From Alphaproteobacteria bacterium (GTDB lineage: Bacteria; Pseudomonadota; Alphaproteobacteria; UBA6615): DNA of 64,000 nt. Below are positions 40,321-50,538 of this stretch, piece by piece (the stretch's first letter is position 1; each line of letters begins with the position of its first letter). A program made the translations under genes and the position numbers. Below the pieces are notes generated by a model. The model searched no databases, was not told the DNA's origin, and worked only from the letters and a program-made list of their open reading frames with translations. Location: NCBI GenBank assembly GCA_965261975.1, contig CBDHEC010000051.1, positions 32,001 through 96,000 of the forward strand, read 5' to 3'.

Positions 40321-41061
40321 CTAGAGGTTTCGCGCGTAGAGCGCGAACAGCCGCTCCCAGTGGCGTTCCGCGGCGGGCTTGTCGTAGATCGGGCGTTCAG
40401 GAAACCCGAAACCGTGATGGACGCCGGGGTAGATCTCGATCTCGCCCTTCGTGCCGGCCCTATCGAAGAGTTCATGCAGTTCCGCGACCATGGGCAAAGG
40501 TGCCAGGTCGTCGATCTCCGCACAGGCGATGTAGGCCTCGCCCTTGATCTGGGCGAGGGTCCGGTGCGGGCTCTCCTCGACGTCGTTGACCAGCCATGTG
40601 CCATAGAACGACGCCGCGGCCGCGATCCGGTCCGGGTAGCGGGCTGCCGCAGCGAGTGCGAAAGGCCCGCTCATGCAGTAGCCATGGACGCCGAACGAAC
40701 CGGGCCGGGCGATTTCTGGGTGGGCATCCACATAGGCGATCATCGCGCCGACATCATCGACCACTGGCGGGATACCGAGGTTGGTGCGGATCGCGCGCAT
40801 GCGGGTCCAGTCGGCACTTTCCTTGACCAGCACGTCGGGCCCGAACTTGGTGTCGCGGCCGGCGCGGTAATAGAGATTGGGTAGCAGGACGCAGTAGCCG
40901 GTCGTCGCCAGTCTCCGGGCCATGTCGTAGAGCTCCTCGCGGATGCCGGGTGCATCCATGAGCATCAGGACAGGCGGGCAGGGATCGCCGCGCTCGGGCC
41001 GGACGATGAAGGTCTCCATCGCGCCGTCGTCGGTCGCGATGTCGAGGGTTTCCTCGATCAT
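40321..41061 (-). CDS. Dienelactone hydrolase family protein
   Basis: MDAPGIR, GYCMSG, HGF. Confidence 0.9.
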   Translation of the reverse strand: MIEETLDIATDDGAMETFIVRPERGDPCPPVLMLMDAPGIREELYDMARRLATTGYCVLLPNLYYRAGRDTKFGPDVLVKESADWTRMRAIRTNLGIPPVVDDVGAMIAYVDAHPEIARPGSFGVHGYCMSGPFALAAAARYPDRIAAAASFYGTWLVNDVEESPHRTLAQIKGEAYIACAEIDDLAPLPMVAELHELFDRAGTKGEIEIYPGVHHGFGFPERPIYDKPAAERHWERLFALYARNL

Positions 41062-41076
41062 GGTTGTTTCTCCGGG

Positions 41077-42510
41077 CTAGAGGAGGTTGCGTACGCCGCT
41101 TGAGGCCGGAATCTCGCTGCCGAAGACGTAGGCCTCATGGTTCGTTTCGATCTTGGCCTTATCGTACAGGTAATTGACCATCGCACCGGCGGATTGCTGC
41201 ATGCCGCGCGGCGAGATGTCAGCCAGCCAGTTGATCCGTTCGACCATGGCACCGTTCGACAGATGGAAATGAGCCACCGAATCCAGCGCTGTGCCCGTGG
41301 ATTCACGGCGCTGATAGAGCAAATAGCCGGCTACCAGATGCATCAGGATCGGCTTGAGCGCCTCGGCGATCTGTTCATCCTGCTGCCAGTCTGTCCGGTC
41401 GAGCAGGTGCGTAAGCACGTTTGTTCCGTCGGCAAGGTCGCCCGTGACGGCGGTAAGCGCGTCTTCCTGCTCGTGGTTGAGGAGTTCCGCACCGTCGGCG
41501 ATGCGCCGGTCGAGCCAGCGCTGGAAGCCAGGGATCGGCGACAGGGTCGCGAAGGTCTTGAGGTTCGGCAGTTCATGGGACAGGTGATCGACCACCTGCT
41601 TGATCAGGAAATCCCCGAAACTCACACCCGACAGACCCGGCTGGGCGTTCGAGATCGAGTAGAAAATCGCCGTGTCCGCGTCTTCGGCGTTTGCGATTGG
41701 CTGATTTTCGTCCAACAGGGTCTGGACGTTGTCGGCGATGCCCTTCACCAGTGCGACTTCCACGAAAATCAGCGGTTCGTCATGCATCGAGGGGTGGAAG
41801 AAGGCGTAGAAGCGACGGTCGGATTCCAGCCGGTTCTTCAGGTCGGTCCAGGACTGGATTTCGTGTACGGCCTCATAGGCGATCAACTTTTCGAGCAGAT
41901 CGGCCGGCGCGCTCCATGTGATGCGGCGCAATTCCAGGAAACCGGCGTCGAACCAGCCGGACAGGAGATACTTCAGTTCGGCATCGAGCGGCGCGAGTTC
42001 CGGATGGTCGCGTAGCAGGCGACGAAGGTCGGCACGCATATCTACCAGAAATTTAACGCCATATTCCAACCCGTTGAACTGGCGCAATAATTTCATGCGC
42101 GGCGAGGAAAGATCCTCGCGCAGCTTCGACAGCGCCAGCGCGTAGGATTTCGGATCGTCGGTCGCGTTGCGGACCGCGTCCATTGCGTCGTTCAGGTGGG
42201 ACGGCTCGATCCCGTATTCCTCGTTGAGCAGTGTCAGGAAACGCAGACGGCCGGTTTCGTTGAGCTCGAGATAGCAATGGCCGAGATCGGCGGCGTTGGT
42301 GCGCGCGGAGGCCTCGCCGCCACGCCCGGACAGACTGGCATCGATCTGCTGTTGCAGACGGGCCAGATCGTCATCTGGAAGGTCCGGCTTGACGTTCAGG
42401 CTCGAGCGGCTGGTCAGGCTGCTGGCACCTTCGACCACATCCCGCAGGGCGCGCCGCAGAATGCCGCGGGTGCGACCAAGTATTCCGGAGGAAACTGTGG
42501 TATCCGACAT
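41077..42510 (-). CDS. Malonyl-CoA decarboxylase
   Basis: YEAVHEI.SW.DL..RL, EPLIFVEVAL, FYSISN.Q.GL.GVSFG.FLIK, FATLSPIPGF, VAHFHL.NGA. Confidence 0.93.
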   Translation of the reverse strand: MSDTTVSSGILGRTRGILRRALRDVVEGASSLTSRSSLNVKPDLPDDDLARLQQQIDASLSGRGGEASARTNAADLGHCYLELNETGRLRFLTLLNEEYGIEPSHLNDAMDAVRNATDDPKSYALALSKLREDLSSPRMKLLRQFNGLEYGVKFLVDMRADLRRLLRDHPELAPLDAELKYLLSGWFDAGFLELRRITWSAPADLLEKLIAYEAVHEIQSWTDLKNRLESDRRFYAFFHPSMHDEPLIFVEVALVKGIADNVQTLLDENQPIANAEDADTAIFYSISNAQPGLSGVSFGDFLIKQVVDHLSHELPNLKTFATLSPIPGFQRWLDRRIADGAELLNHEQEDALTAVTGDLADGTNVLTHLLDRTDWQQDEQIAEALKPILMHLVAGYLLYQRRESTGTALDSVAHFHLSNGAMVERINWLADISPRGMQQSAGAMVNYLYDKAKIETNHEAYVFGSEIPASSGVRNLL

Positions 42511-42656
42511 GATGGTGAGAATTTGGCGCTGGAAGGATGGTTAAGCAAGCTATGTGATACGAAATATTTGTGACACTGGCGTGATTTAACGGAATAGCTG
42601 ACCATATTCGAACGGAACAATGATCGGTCTCGAAAGAGGCCCACAGGGGAGTAGGT

Positions 42657-43361
42657 TTGATGGCTGACAAGGAAGTGGCGCTGATTGTTGGCGCCGGCGA
42701 AGGATTGAGTGCGTCTCTGGCGCGGCTTTGCGCGTCCCAGGGCATGGAGATCGCGCTCGCGGCCCGTAATCCGGGAAAACTTGACGATCTGTGCAAGGAA
42801 ACCGGGGCGACGGCCTACGAATGCAACGTGATCGACGGCCCGTCCGTGGATGCGCTGTTCGAGGCGGTTGTGGCGGAAAAGGGCGTGCCGAACCTCGTGG
42901 TCTACAACCCGAGTGCGCGGGCGCGCGGCCCGATTACGGATCTGGACCGGGAAGAGGTGAAGAACGCCGTCCTGATCACCTGTTACGGAGGGTTCGTTGT
43001 GGCCCAGAAGGCCGCTGAACTCATGCTCGAACGGGGCAGCGGGTCGATCCTGTTCACCGGAGCGTCGGCCAGCGTGAAGGGCTATCCCAACTCATCGTCC
43101 TTCGCGATCGGCAAGTTCGGCCTGCGGGGCCTGGCGCAGTCCATGGCCCGCGAGCTCCACCCCCAGAACATCCATATCGGCCATTTCGTGATCGATGGCG
43201 GGATCGTCAAGAAATCCGGTGATGACCGCGCCGCCGGGCGTGGCGAAGATGGCATGCTGGATCCCGATGCGATCGCCGAGAGCTATCTGCAGTTCCATCG
43301 CCAGCATCGCAGCGCTTGGGCATGGGAGCTCGAGGTGCGGCCCTGGGTCGAGAAATTCTAG
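42657..43361 (+). CDS. SDR family oxidoreductase
   Basis: GAGEGLS, FTGASAS, KFGLRGLAQSMAREL, RPWVEKF. Confidence 0.88.
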   Translation: MMADKEVALIVGAGEGLSASLARLCASQGMEIALAARNPGKLDDLCKETGATAYECNVIDGPSVDALFEAVVAEKGVPNLVVYNPSARARGPITDLDREEVKNAVLITCYGGFVVAQKAAELMLERGSGSILFTGASASVKGYPNSSSFAIGKFGLRGLAQSMARELHPQNIHIGHFVIDGGIVKKSGDDRAAGRGEDGMLDPDAIAESYLQFHRQHRSAWAWELEVRPWVEKF

Positions 43362-43369
43362 GGACAAAT

Positions 43370-43666
43370 ATGCGGATTAGGTTGCTGCGCGGGGTGCGGG
43401 CCATCGTCATGGCCGTATTCGTCGTATGCGTGGCTGCCTTTGTGGGGTTGTGTGTCTATGCGGTGCTCCAGTTCGGGCTCTGGTGGCCCGGGCTGGTGGG
43501 CGTGGACGGCAGCAACCGGCTGCTGCTGGCCGCGGTGACCATGCTGCCGTTTTTGCTGCTGTTCACGAAATTCGACTGGTCGCGGCCCCTGGGCTGGCTG
43601 TCGGCGCGGTTCAACGGGTTGATCGAGCCCATTGACCGGGCGATCGCGCGAACGGATGAGCCTTAA
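43370..43666 (+). CDS. Small hypothetical membrane protein
   Basis: Two hydrophobic helices; directly follows the SDR gene. Confidence 0.5.
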   Translation: MRIRLLRGVRAIVMAVFVVCVAAFVGLCVYAVLQFGLWWPGLVGVDGSNRLLLAAVTMLPFLLLFTKFDWSRPLGWLSARFNGLIEPIDRAIARTDEP

Positions 43667-44091
43667 GGCCGCTCGATGGTGGCGACAGCGAAGGCCGTCT
43701 TGAATGTGTCGCACCAGACGACGACGCTGCCCCAGTCGTCGAGCTTTATATCCTCGGGCACTGGATAGTCCTGATCGCCTGTGAGGCTTTTGAGTTTTCC
43801 CAGCGACTTGAACTTCGCCGTGACGTCCTCCGGGAACAGCGGATCGGGTTCTTCCACCAGATAAACAAGCAAATTGGGTCCGGGGACGATCTCCATGTCG
43901 AGGAGTTCGACGGTTCGGCTGCCGTGCGCAGTCCGGGTGATCTGCAAGTTGCCGGACCCTCGGTGCACCGGGTCACCGTCACGAAAGACACCGTTGGCGA
44001 GAAGCCCGTTCTGAGCGACAGCCAGGCTCGGGCGGCTGAGCAGGAGTGGGGCGGTCGCCGCGGCGACCAAAAACGCACGCCGATGGATCAT
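43663..44091 (-). CDS. DM13 domain protein with a Tat signal
   Basis: MIHRRAFL twin-arginine leader; HRGSG, GPNL.VYL, LGKLK...GDQ.Y, SVVVWC. Confidence 0.85.
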   Translation of the reverse strand: MIHRRAFLVAAATAPLLLSRPSLAVAQNGLLANGVFRDGDPVHRGSGNLQITRTAHGSRTVELLDMEIVPGPNLLVYLVEEPDPLFPEDVTAKFKSLGKLKSLTGDQDYPVPEDIKLDDWGSVVVWCDTFKTAFAVATIERP

Positions 44092-45086
44092 GCGTCCGCG
44101 TTGGGCGTGATCACGACCTTGCCGTTCCGTCCGCCCTGCATGGCGTGGGTGACGGCGTCCTTGATCTGATCGAGGGGATAGGTCGCCTCGATTTCGGCGT
44201 GCATCCGGCCTTCGGCGATGTAACCCGCCAGTTCGCCATAGACAGCCTGGCGTTCCTCGAGCGATGAATCCCGACGGAGCCAGAGGGTGAGCCAGACACC
44301 CACGAGATCGATTTCCCTGAAGATGATGTCGTCGGGCCACAGCTGGCAGGGCTTCTTCGAGAGTAAGCCGTAATTCGCAATCTTGCCGCCGTCGGCGAGA
44401 CAATCGGCGAGGTGCTGGGTCGCTTCGCCTGCCACCGCGTCGATAGCCAGCTTGATGGGCGCGCCGCCGGTGGCGGCCTTGACCCGTTCGCCGAGGTCAG
44501 GCCCGTCGACGACGCAAATATCGCCGCCGGCCTTGGCGACGAAGTCTTCAAGCCCCTCGCGCCGGACCACGTTGACGGTCTTGAGGCCGTAAATACCGGC
44601 CAGCTGCATCACAAACTGACCGACCGCCGAGTTGGCGGCGTTCTGGATCACCCAGTCACCCGGTTCGAGGTCCACGACTGTTTTAAGCAGGAGCCATGCC
44701 GTCGGCGGATTCGCCATGATCATCGCCAGCTGAATGGGATCACCATGTTCGGGAAAGATCACCAGAATGGCCTCGGCCTTGACCACGACCTGTTGGCGCC
44801 ATGTGCCGGAGTAGGGTGGAATCATCACCCGGTCCCCCGGCTTAACGTTGGTTACATCCGAACCGACTTCGCGGATAATGCCGGCGCCCTCGGCCCCGGG
44901 AATGGCCGGCAACTCGGGCTGCACGCCGTAGCCGCCGGACAGGGTGAGCAGGTGCGACGGGTTGATCGCCGCCGCTTCCACGTCGATCAAGATCTCGTCG
45001 GGGCCAACGTCCGCCGTCTCGAGATCGATCAATTCCACAACATCGGGAGGATTGCCGGTCTCGGAGAACTGGACCGCCTTCTTCAT
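44088..45086 (-). CDS. MDR-family enoyl-thioester reductase (MECR/Etr1-like)
   Basis: AINPS, PAIPGAEG, NPPTAW, QNAANSAVG. Confidence 0.87.
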   Translation of the reverse strand: MKKAVQFSETGNPPDVVELIDLETADVGPDEILIDVEAAAINPSHLLTLSGGYGVQPELPAIPGAEGAGIIREVGSDVTNVKPGDRVMIPPYSGTWRQQVVVKAEAILVIFPEHGDPIQLAMIMANPPTAWLLLKTVVDLEPGDWVIQNAANSAVGQFVMQLAGIYGLKTVNVVRREGLEDFVAKAGGDICVVDGPDLGERVKAATGGAPIKLAIDAVAGEATQHLADCLADGGKIANYGLLSKKPCQLWPDDIIFREIDLVGVWLTLWLRRDSSLEERQAVYGELAGYIAEGRMHAEIEATYPLDQIKDAVTHAMQGGRNGKVVITPNADA

Positions 45087-45113
45087 GTCACCCACGTCGG
45101 TAATCCTTCCTGA

Positions 45114-45437
45114 TTACGCGGCAGACTTGATCTGCCCAAGCTCGTTGTCGACGATCACCGGTGTTTCGAAGATCGCGATATCGGGGTCGGCGCCGCACAG
45201 ATCGCGGATCGCCTGGCGCCACGGGCCGCCCTCGGCATAGACCTTTTCGGCCGCCTCGCGGCTTTCCCAGGTGTAAACGCCGCCGCGAATGCCGCGCTCG
45301 CCGTCATACAGGAAGTTCTTGCGGATCAACCCCGCCATCCCGTCGAACTTCCCGGCCGCACCCGCGATGTGTGCGATGACCTCATCCCGGGTGGCGCCGT
45401 CCGTGATGTTGAATTGAACAACGGCTGTGGCAATCAT
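45114..45437 (-). CDS. YdhR-like dimeric alpha/beta-barrel protein, copy 1
   Basis: GLIRKNFL...GGVYTWESREAA...FETPVIVDN. Confidence 0.8.
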   Translation of the reverse strand: MIATAVVQFNITDGATRDEVIAHIAGAAGKFDGMAGLIRKNFLYDGERGIRGGVYTWESREAAEKVYAEGGPWRQAIRDLCGADPDIAIFETPVIVDNELGQIKSAA

Positions 45438-45453
45438 GGTTGGCGTCCTTCGG

Positions 45454-45774
45454 TCAAGCGGCAGTCTTGATTTCGCCGACCTCGTTGTCGACGATCACCG
45501 GGGTCTCGAAAATGGTGATGTCGGGGTCGACGCCGTAGAGACTACGGATCGCTTCACGCCAGGGACCGCCCTCGGCATAGACCTTTTCCGCCGCCTCGCG
45601 GCTCTCCCAGGTGTAAACACCGCCGCCGACACCGCGATCACCGTCGAACAGGAAATTCTTGCGGATCAGACCCGCCATGCCCTCGAACTTGGGTGCGACG
45701 TTCTTCATGTTGGTGAACACCTCGTCGCGCGTGGTGCCGTCTTTCACTTTGAACTGGACAAGTGCCGTGATCAT
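45454..45774 (-). CDS. YdhR-like dimeric alpha/beta-barrel protein, copy 2
   Basis: Tandem paralogue of 45114..45437. Confidence 0.8.
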   Translation of the reverse strand: MITALVQFKVKDGTTRDEVFTNMKNVAPKFEGMAGLIRKNFLFDGDRGVGGGVYTWESREAAEKVYAEGGPWREAIRSLYGVDPDITIFETPVIVDNEVGEIKTAA

Positions 45775-45887
45775 CGGTGTTGTCTCCTCGTTTCAGCGTT
45801 AACCGTTACAAGGCATTTTGCGGCAATCGCCGCGGGCGTACAACCGACGCCTCCGCCGGAGTTCACTTAGTGATCCAAAAGAATGGC

Positions 45888-46772
45888 ATGCGGCCAGCCT
45901 GGCTGACCGGAAACCTGCAAGGCATGCTGTGGATGCTGACGACAGCTGCGCTGATCGTGATCATGCACACAATGATCCGGTACCTCGCCGACGACGGGTT
46001 GCATCCGTTTGTGATCGGCTTCTACCGAACATTTTTTGGTCTGCCCGTCGTTGCGATCCTGTTGTGGAAATACGGCGCGGGAATCCTGCGTACCGATCAA
46101 CTCAAGGTACATGGAATTCGCTCGTTCGGGCATGTGGTCGCGATGATGATGTTCTTCACGGCCTTGACGATGACCCCGCTGGCAACCGCGAATGCCCTGG
46201 CCTTTACCGCGCCGCTTTTTGCCGCCGTGTTGGCGGTCATAATATTGGGCGAAGTATTCCGCTGGCAACGCTGGGTCGCCTTGCTGGTCGGTTTTGCGGG
46301 GGCGCTGGTCGTCATCCGACCAGGGTTTGTCGAGGTCGATACCGGGCCGATCATCATCCTCGCCGCATCGGGAATCTGGGGGATGATACTGATCGTCATC
46401 AAGACCCTGGGGCGTCGTGACGCCACACCCACGATTGTGACCTATATGGTCTTGTTCATGTCGCCGCTGGCTCTGATCCCCGCGTTATTCGTCTGGGAGT
46501 GGCCAACCCTGCAGCAGCTGGGGGTTCTCCTGGTCATGGGGACCATGGGAACCGTGGGGCATCTGACGCTGACGCAAGCCCTGCGGGTCGGCGAAGCGGC
46601 GGTCGTGATGCCGATGGACTTCTCCAAACTGATCTGGGCCGCGGCTCTCGGGTTTCTGCTTTTTGGTGAACAGCCGGGCATATTCACCTGGGTGGGCGGG
46701 TTCATGATCTTTGCGAGTGCGACCTATCTCGCGCTGCGCGAACGCGCAGAAACAAAGCCACGAGGAACTTGA
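45888..46772 (+). CDS. EamA/DMT family transporter
   Basis: Ten TM helices; ALAFTAPLF, RPGF, PMDFSKLIWA. Stop overlaps the PKS start. Confidence 0.88.
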   Translation: MRPAWLTGNLQGMLWMLTTAALIVIMHTMIRYLADDGLHPFVIGFYRTFFGLPVVAILLWKYGAGILRTDQLKVHGIRSFGHVVAMMMFFTALTMTPLATANALAFTAPLFAAVLAVIILGEVFRWQRWVALLVGFAGALVVIRPGFVEVDTGPIIILAASGIWGMILIVIKTLGRRDATPTIVTYMVLFMSPLALIPALFVWEWPTLQQLGVLLVMGTMGTVGHLTLTQALRVGEAAVVMPMDFSKLIWAAALGFLLFGEQPGIFTWVGGFMIFASATYLALRERAETKPRGT

Positions 46773-47818
46773 TGACATTGCGTGCCCATATCTCGGCGGT
46801 CGCCACGGCCGTGCCCGAGCATGTTCTCGAACAGAAAGAAGTCATCGAACGGTCGCGCGAAATATTCGCACCGGGCGTCCCCGGGTTCGAACGGTTTACG
46901 GATGCGTATCGGAATGCGGCAATCGAGACGCGGCATTCCTGCATGCCCATTGATTGGTATGCGCAAGAACATCCGTTCTCCGAACGGAATGACCTGTATG
47001 TCGAACACGCCATCGAGCTGCTGAGCCGGGTCAGCCAGGATCTGTTTGAGCAGGCGGGCATTTCCGCGATGGATGTGGATGCGATCGTGGTTGTGTCGAC
47101 GACCGGCGTGGCGACGCCCAGTCTCGATGCGTTGTTGCTCGAGAAGCTCCCGTTCCGGCGTGACGTGCAGCGCCTGCCGATATTCGGCTTGGGTTGCGCC
47201 GGCGGGGTAAGTGGTTTGGCGCGCGCGGCGCAGATGGCCGTGAGCCAGCCGAGTGCCTGTGTGCTTTACCTGGTCGTCGAACTCTGTGGTCTGACGTTCC
47301 GGGTCAACGACACCTCGAAGAGCAACATCATTGCCACCGCATTGTTCGGTGACGGGGCGGCGGGCGCGCTCTTGGGCTGTGATCGAGCGGGGCCGGCGGT
47401 TGCGGGATGGGGCGAGCACACCTGGGAAGACTCCCTCGATGTCATGGGCTGGGAAGTGGGTGACGACGGGCTCGGTGTGCTGTTCTCGCGCGATATCCCC
47501 CATCTGGTGCGAACCCGCTTGCAAGAACCCGCATATGCGTTTCTCAAACGCCACGGCCTGGGGCCACAGGACATCACGCGTCATGCGTGTCACCCCGGTG
47601 GGGCGAAGGTTCTCGATGCACTTGAGGAAGTCTACGGACTGCCGCCGGGCGATCTGGTTTTCGCGCGCGATATTTTGCGTCGTTTCGGCAACATGTCGGC
47701 GGCGACTGCCATGTTTGTCCTGGCCGAGACCATGGGCGAGAACGTGCCCGGTAACTGGCTGATGTCGGCGATGGGGCCCGGTTTTACCGCGTCCTTCGCG
47801 TTGCTGGAGGCGTCATGA
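46769..47818 (+). CDS. Type III polyketide synthase (BpsA/SrsA-like)
   Basis: Catalytic triad in GLGCAGG, HPGG and GNMS; also LFGDGAA and GPGF. Confidence 0.93.
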   Translation: MMTLRAHISAVATAVPEHVLEQKEVIERSREIFAPGVPGFERFTDAYRNAAIETRHSCMPIDWYAQEHPFSERNDLYVEHAIELLSRVSQDLFEQAGISAMDVDAIVVVSTTGVATPSLDALLLEKLPFRRDVQRLPIFGLGCAGGVSGLARAAQMAVSQPSACVLYLVVELCGLTFRVNDTSKSNIIATALFGDGAAGALLGCDRAGPAVAGWGEHTWEDSLDVMGWEVGDDGLGVLFSRDIPHLVRTRLQEPAYAFLKRHGLGPQDITRHACHPGGAKVLDALEEVYGLPPGDLVFARDILRRFGNMSAATAMFVLAETMGENVPGNWLMSAMGPGFTASFALLEAS

Positions 47819-48312
47819 GCATCTGGTACCTGCTGGTGGGGTTGATCGTCATTCAACGTCTCGTTGAACTGGCGATTGCCCGGATCAACACACGACGCTT
47901 GCTTGCCGAGGGCGGCGAGGAGGTCGGCGCGGCGCACTATCCTCTGATTGTTGGACTCCACGCGGCCTGGTTCATCTGCCTGCTTGTATTCGTCCCGGGC
48001 GACAGCTTCATCGACCCGGTCCTTCTGGGCGTATTCGTGCTGCTGCAACTCGGGCGGGTATGGGTGCTGACCAGCCTCGGCCGCTACTGGACGACCCGGA
48101 TCATTACGGTGCCCGGTGCGCCTTTGGTCAGGCGCGGGCCGTTCCGCTTCGTGCGGCACCCGAACTATCTCATCGTCGAGGCGGAGATCATCGTCGTGCC
48201 GATGATCGCGGGAGCGTGGGAACTGGCGGTTATCTTCGGGCTGGCAAATGCCGCGGTTCTGGCCTTGCGGATACGTGTCGAGGAAAGGGCGCTATCTGGG
48301 CGCCGTCGCTAG
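47815..48312 (+). CDS. Isoprenylcysteine carboxyl methyltransferase family (BpsB/SrsB-like)
   Basis: QRLVEL, LGRYWTTRI, GPFRFVRHPNY, RIRVEE. Confidence 0.9.
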   Translation: MSIWYLLVGLIVIQRLVELAIARINTRRLLAEGGEEVGAAHYPLIVGLHAAWFICLLVFVPGDSFIDPVLLGVFVLLQLGRVWVLTSLGRYWTTRIITVPGAPLVRRGPFRFVRHPNYLIVEAEIIVVPMIAGAWELAVIFGLANAAVLALRIRVEERALSGRRR

Positions 48313-49343
48313 AGGTATGGATCGGGGCGGACCCGGATCAACTGGCGGCCCATGTTCCGGCCGGCGTAGAGCCCGGCCAGGGCAGCACCGGCATTCTCCA
48401 GGCCATCGACGATATCCTCGCGGTACTGGATCTCTCCGTCGCGGACCCAGGTGCTGAGGTCCGCATGCGCCTCGCCGTAACGATCGGCGAAATCGAATGT
48501 CAGGAAACCTTCCATGCGGATGCGATTCACCAGCAAGTTACGCTCGGGGCGCAGCCCGCTGGGTTGGGGAATCCAGGCATCCGTGGAGGCCGTACCGCAA
48601 ATGACGACGCGCCCATGCAAATTGACCTGGCCGAGGACGATATCGAGGGTCTCACCGCCGACATTGTCGTAGTAGACATCGACACCGTCGGGACAGGCTT
48701 GGCGAATCGCGGCATCCAGATCATCGACGGCCTTGTAATCGATGGCGCTGTCGAACCCGAAGACATCGGTGCAAAGCGCGGTCTTTTCCGCGCCGCCGGC
48801 GATGCCCACTGTCCGGCAGCCCTTGATCTTGGCGATCTGTCCAACGGCGCTGCCGACCGCACCGGCCGCTGTCGAGACCAGGACCGTGTCGCCGGCCCTG
48901 GGTTGGCCAACCTCAAGCAAACCGAAATAGGCCGTAAAGCCGTTGATACCCAGGATGCCGAGGGCGGTTGAAAGAGGTCCGTCGTTCGGGTCGACCTTTC
49001 GAAAGGTTGGGCGCGCGGGATCGGCAACGGCGTATTCTGCCCAGCCCGTATTGGCGGTAACGACGTCGCCTTCCTGGATGTCGGAGCTATTCGATTCTAC
49101 GACGACGCCGACACTGAACGAATGCATGGTCGTGCCGGTCTCGACGCTCGCATAGTTCCGGGCCTTGCTGATCCAGCCCTTCATACCCGGGTCGGCGGTG
49201 ACGTAGATGTTGTTGATCAGGACTTCGCCATCGCCGGGGACGGGAGCATCGCCCTCTGTCAGTTCAAATAGTTCGGGGGTGGGAAGGCCGGTTGCACGTT
49301 CCTTGAGGATGACGTGACGGTTTCGGTGCTGGGGCATGCGCAT
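48309..49343 (-). CDS. NADP-dependent alkenal/double-bond reductase (CurA/PTGR1-like)
   Basis: LGINGFTAYFGL, AAGAVGS, GIAGG, DVYYDNVGG. Confidence 0.9.
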   Translation of the reverse strand: MRMPQHRNRHVILKERATGLPTPELFELTEGDAPVPGDGEVLINNIYVTADPGMKGWISKARNYASVETGTTMHSFSVGVVVESNSSDIQEGDVVTANTGWAEYAVADPARPTFRKVDPNDGPLSTALGILGINGFTAYFGLLEVGQPRAGDTVLVSTAAGAVGSAVGQIAKIKGCRTVGIAGGAEKTALCTDVFGFDSAIDYKAVDDLDAAIRQACPDGVDVYYDNVGGETLDIVLGQVNLHGRVVICGTASTDAWIPQPSGLRPERNLLVNRIRMEGFLTFDFADRYGEAHADLSTWVRDGEIQYREDIVDGLENAGAALAGLYAGRNMGRQLIRVRPDPYL

Positions 49344-49462
49344 GGCTTCCTGTTGACGATCGAAGGGCGGCGATCTATGCGGTCGGTGGTGGCTATACTG
49401 CCGCCACCATCTGCCATCCTGCAATCCGGCAGATGGCCTGACGACGAAGGAAGCGCGATTTC

Positions 49463-49966
49463 ATGCGTTCAACACTGCCGGGGCCGCTATCCAGACGCGC
49501 CCAGGGGTTCGATCGAATTCTTGGGCTGGTGCTTGTGTGTACGCTGGTGGCGTTAGTTGCCGGACTTCTGCTGCCTGCGATTACGGTCCGTTCGCTTTTC
49601 ATCTCCCAGGATTTCTCGCTTGTGGAGAGCGTGCTGGCATTCCTCGAAGAAGGTGACTGGTTCCTTTTCGTCATTACCTTTCTGTTTTCCGTCGTGTTTC
49701 CCGTGGTGAAGATCATCACGGGTATTGCATTGTGGTTTTTCCTCGATGCGACCAGCAGTTATGCCCGACCGGTTCTGGGCTGGCTGGCGACATTCTCGAA
49801 ATGGTCGATGCTCGACGTGTTCATCATTGCACTGATCGTGCTCGTCGCGGACGGACGCTTGCTGACGAGCGCCGATATTCAGATCGGTGCGTTCGTTTTT
49901 TCGGTCGCTGTGCTGGTATCGACCTGGGCGACGCGACGGCTGAGCGCGCTTGCCGGGAACGCTTAG
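49463..49966 (+). CDS. Paraquat-inducible protein A (PqiA) domain protein
   Basis: FSVVFPVVK and KWSMLDVFI. Confidence 0.85.
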   Translation: MRSTLPGPLSRRAQGFDRILGLVLVCTLVALVAGLLLPAITVRSLFISQDFSLVESVLAFLEEGDWFLFVITFLFSVVFPVVKIITGIALWFFLDATSSYARPVLGWLATFSKWSMLDVFIIALIVLVADGRLLTSADIQIGAFVFSVAVLVSTWATRRLSALAGNA

Positions 49967-50470
49967 TCAGCGTGCAGGCGTGACCTGAACCGGGCCTGCA
50001 TTGCCGGCACCGACCGGGGTGCCCGATTGCCGCGGCGCGACGGTGATCGTCGTTGTGTTTCCGCCGAGTGTGCGATTTTCGATCTGAACGGTTGCCGCGC
50101 GCTCTCCGCGGGTAAATGACAGCACGCTGATACCGGCCTGCACGCTCATGATTGGATCCCATCCGAAGTTGGGCATCTGCGTCTGATAAAGCGCAAAAGT
50201 CGGCGTGGTGTCCTGCCCCACGTTCAGAACAATCCGTCCGGTCCATCGGTCGAGATCGCCGAGGATCAGTGACCGATCCACATCGAGCGTAGAGTCCGGC
50301 GGGATCGGTATGTCGGTCAGCAGCGAGAAGTTTTGCTCGATTCCCGATTTTCCATCGGCACTGCCCGTGGCCGTCGGCTGCAGCTTTGTGCCTTGAACAC
50401 ATGCCGCCAGTCCGAACAGTGCCGCGAACAGCAGCGCATTTGATCTGAGGTTGCGACGCCCGGAAATCAT
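49967..50470 (-). CDS. Hypothetical lipoprotein
   Basis: Lipobox LAAC; 'DIPIP...SLILG..DRWTGR...MPNFGW'. Confidence 0.7.
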   Translation of the reverse strand: MISGRRNLRSNALLFAALFGLAACVQGTKLQPTATGSADGKSGIEQNFSLLTDIPIPPDSTLDVDRSLILGDLDRWTGRIVLNVGQDTTPTFALYQTQMPNFGWDPIMSVQAGISVLSFTRGERAATVQIENRTLGGNTTTITVAPRQSGTPVGAGNAGPVQVTPAR

Positions 50471-50538
50471 GAGGAATTCGTATCAATGCGCCATGAGTCG
50501 CGCCAGTCGCTGCTTGGCCTCAGCGCACCGGGGCAGGT

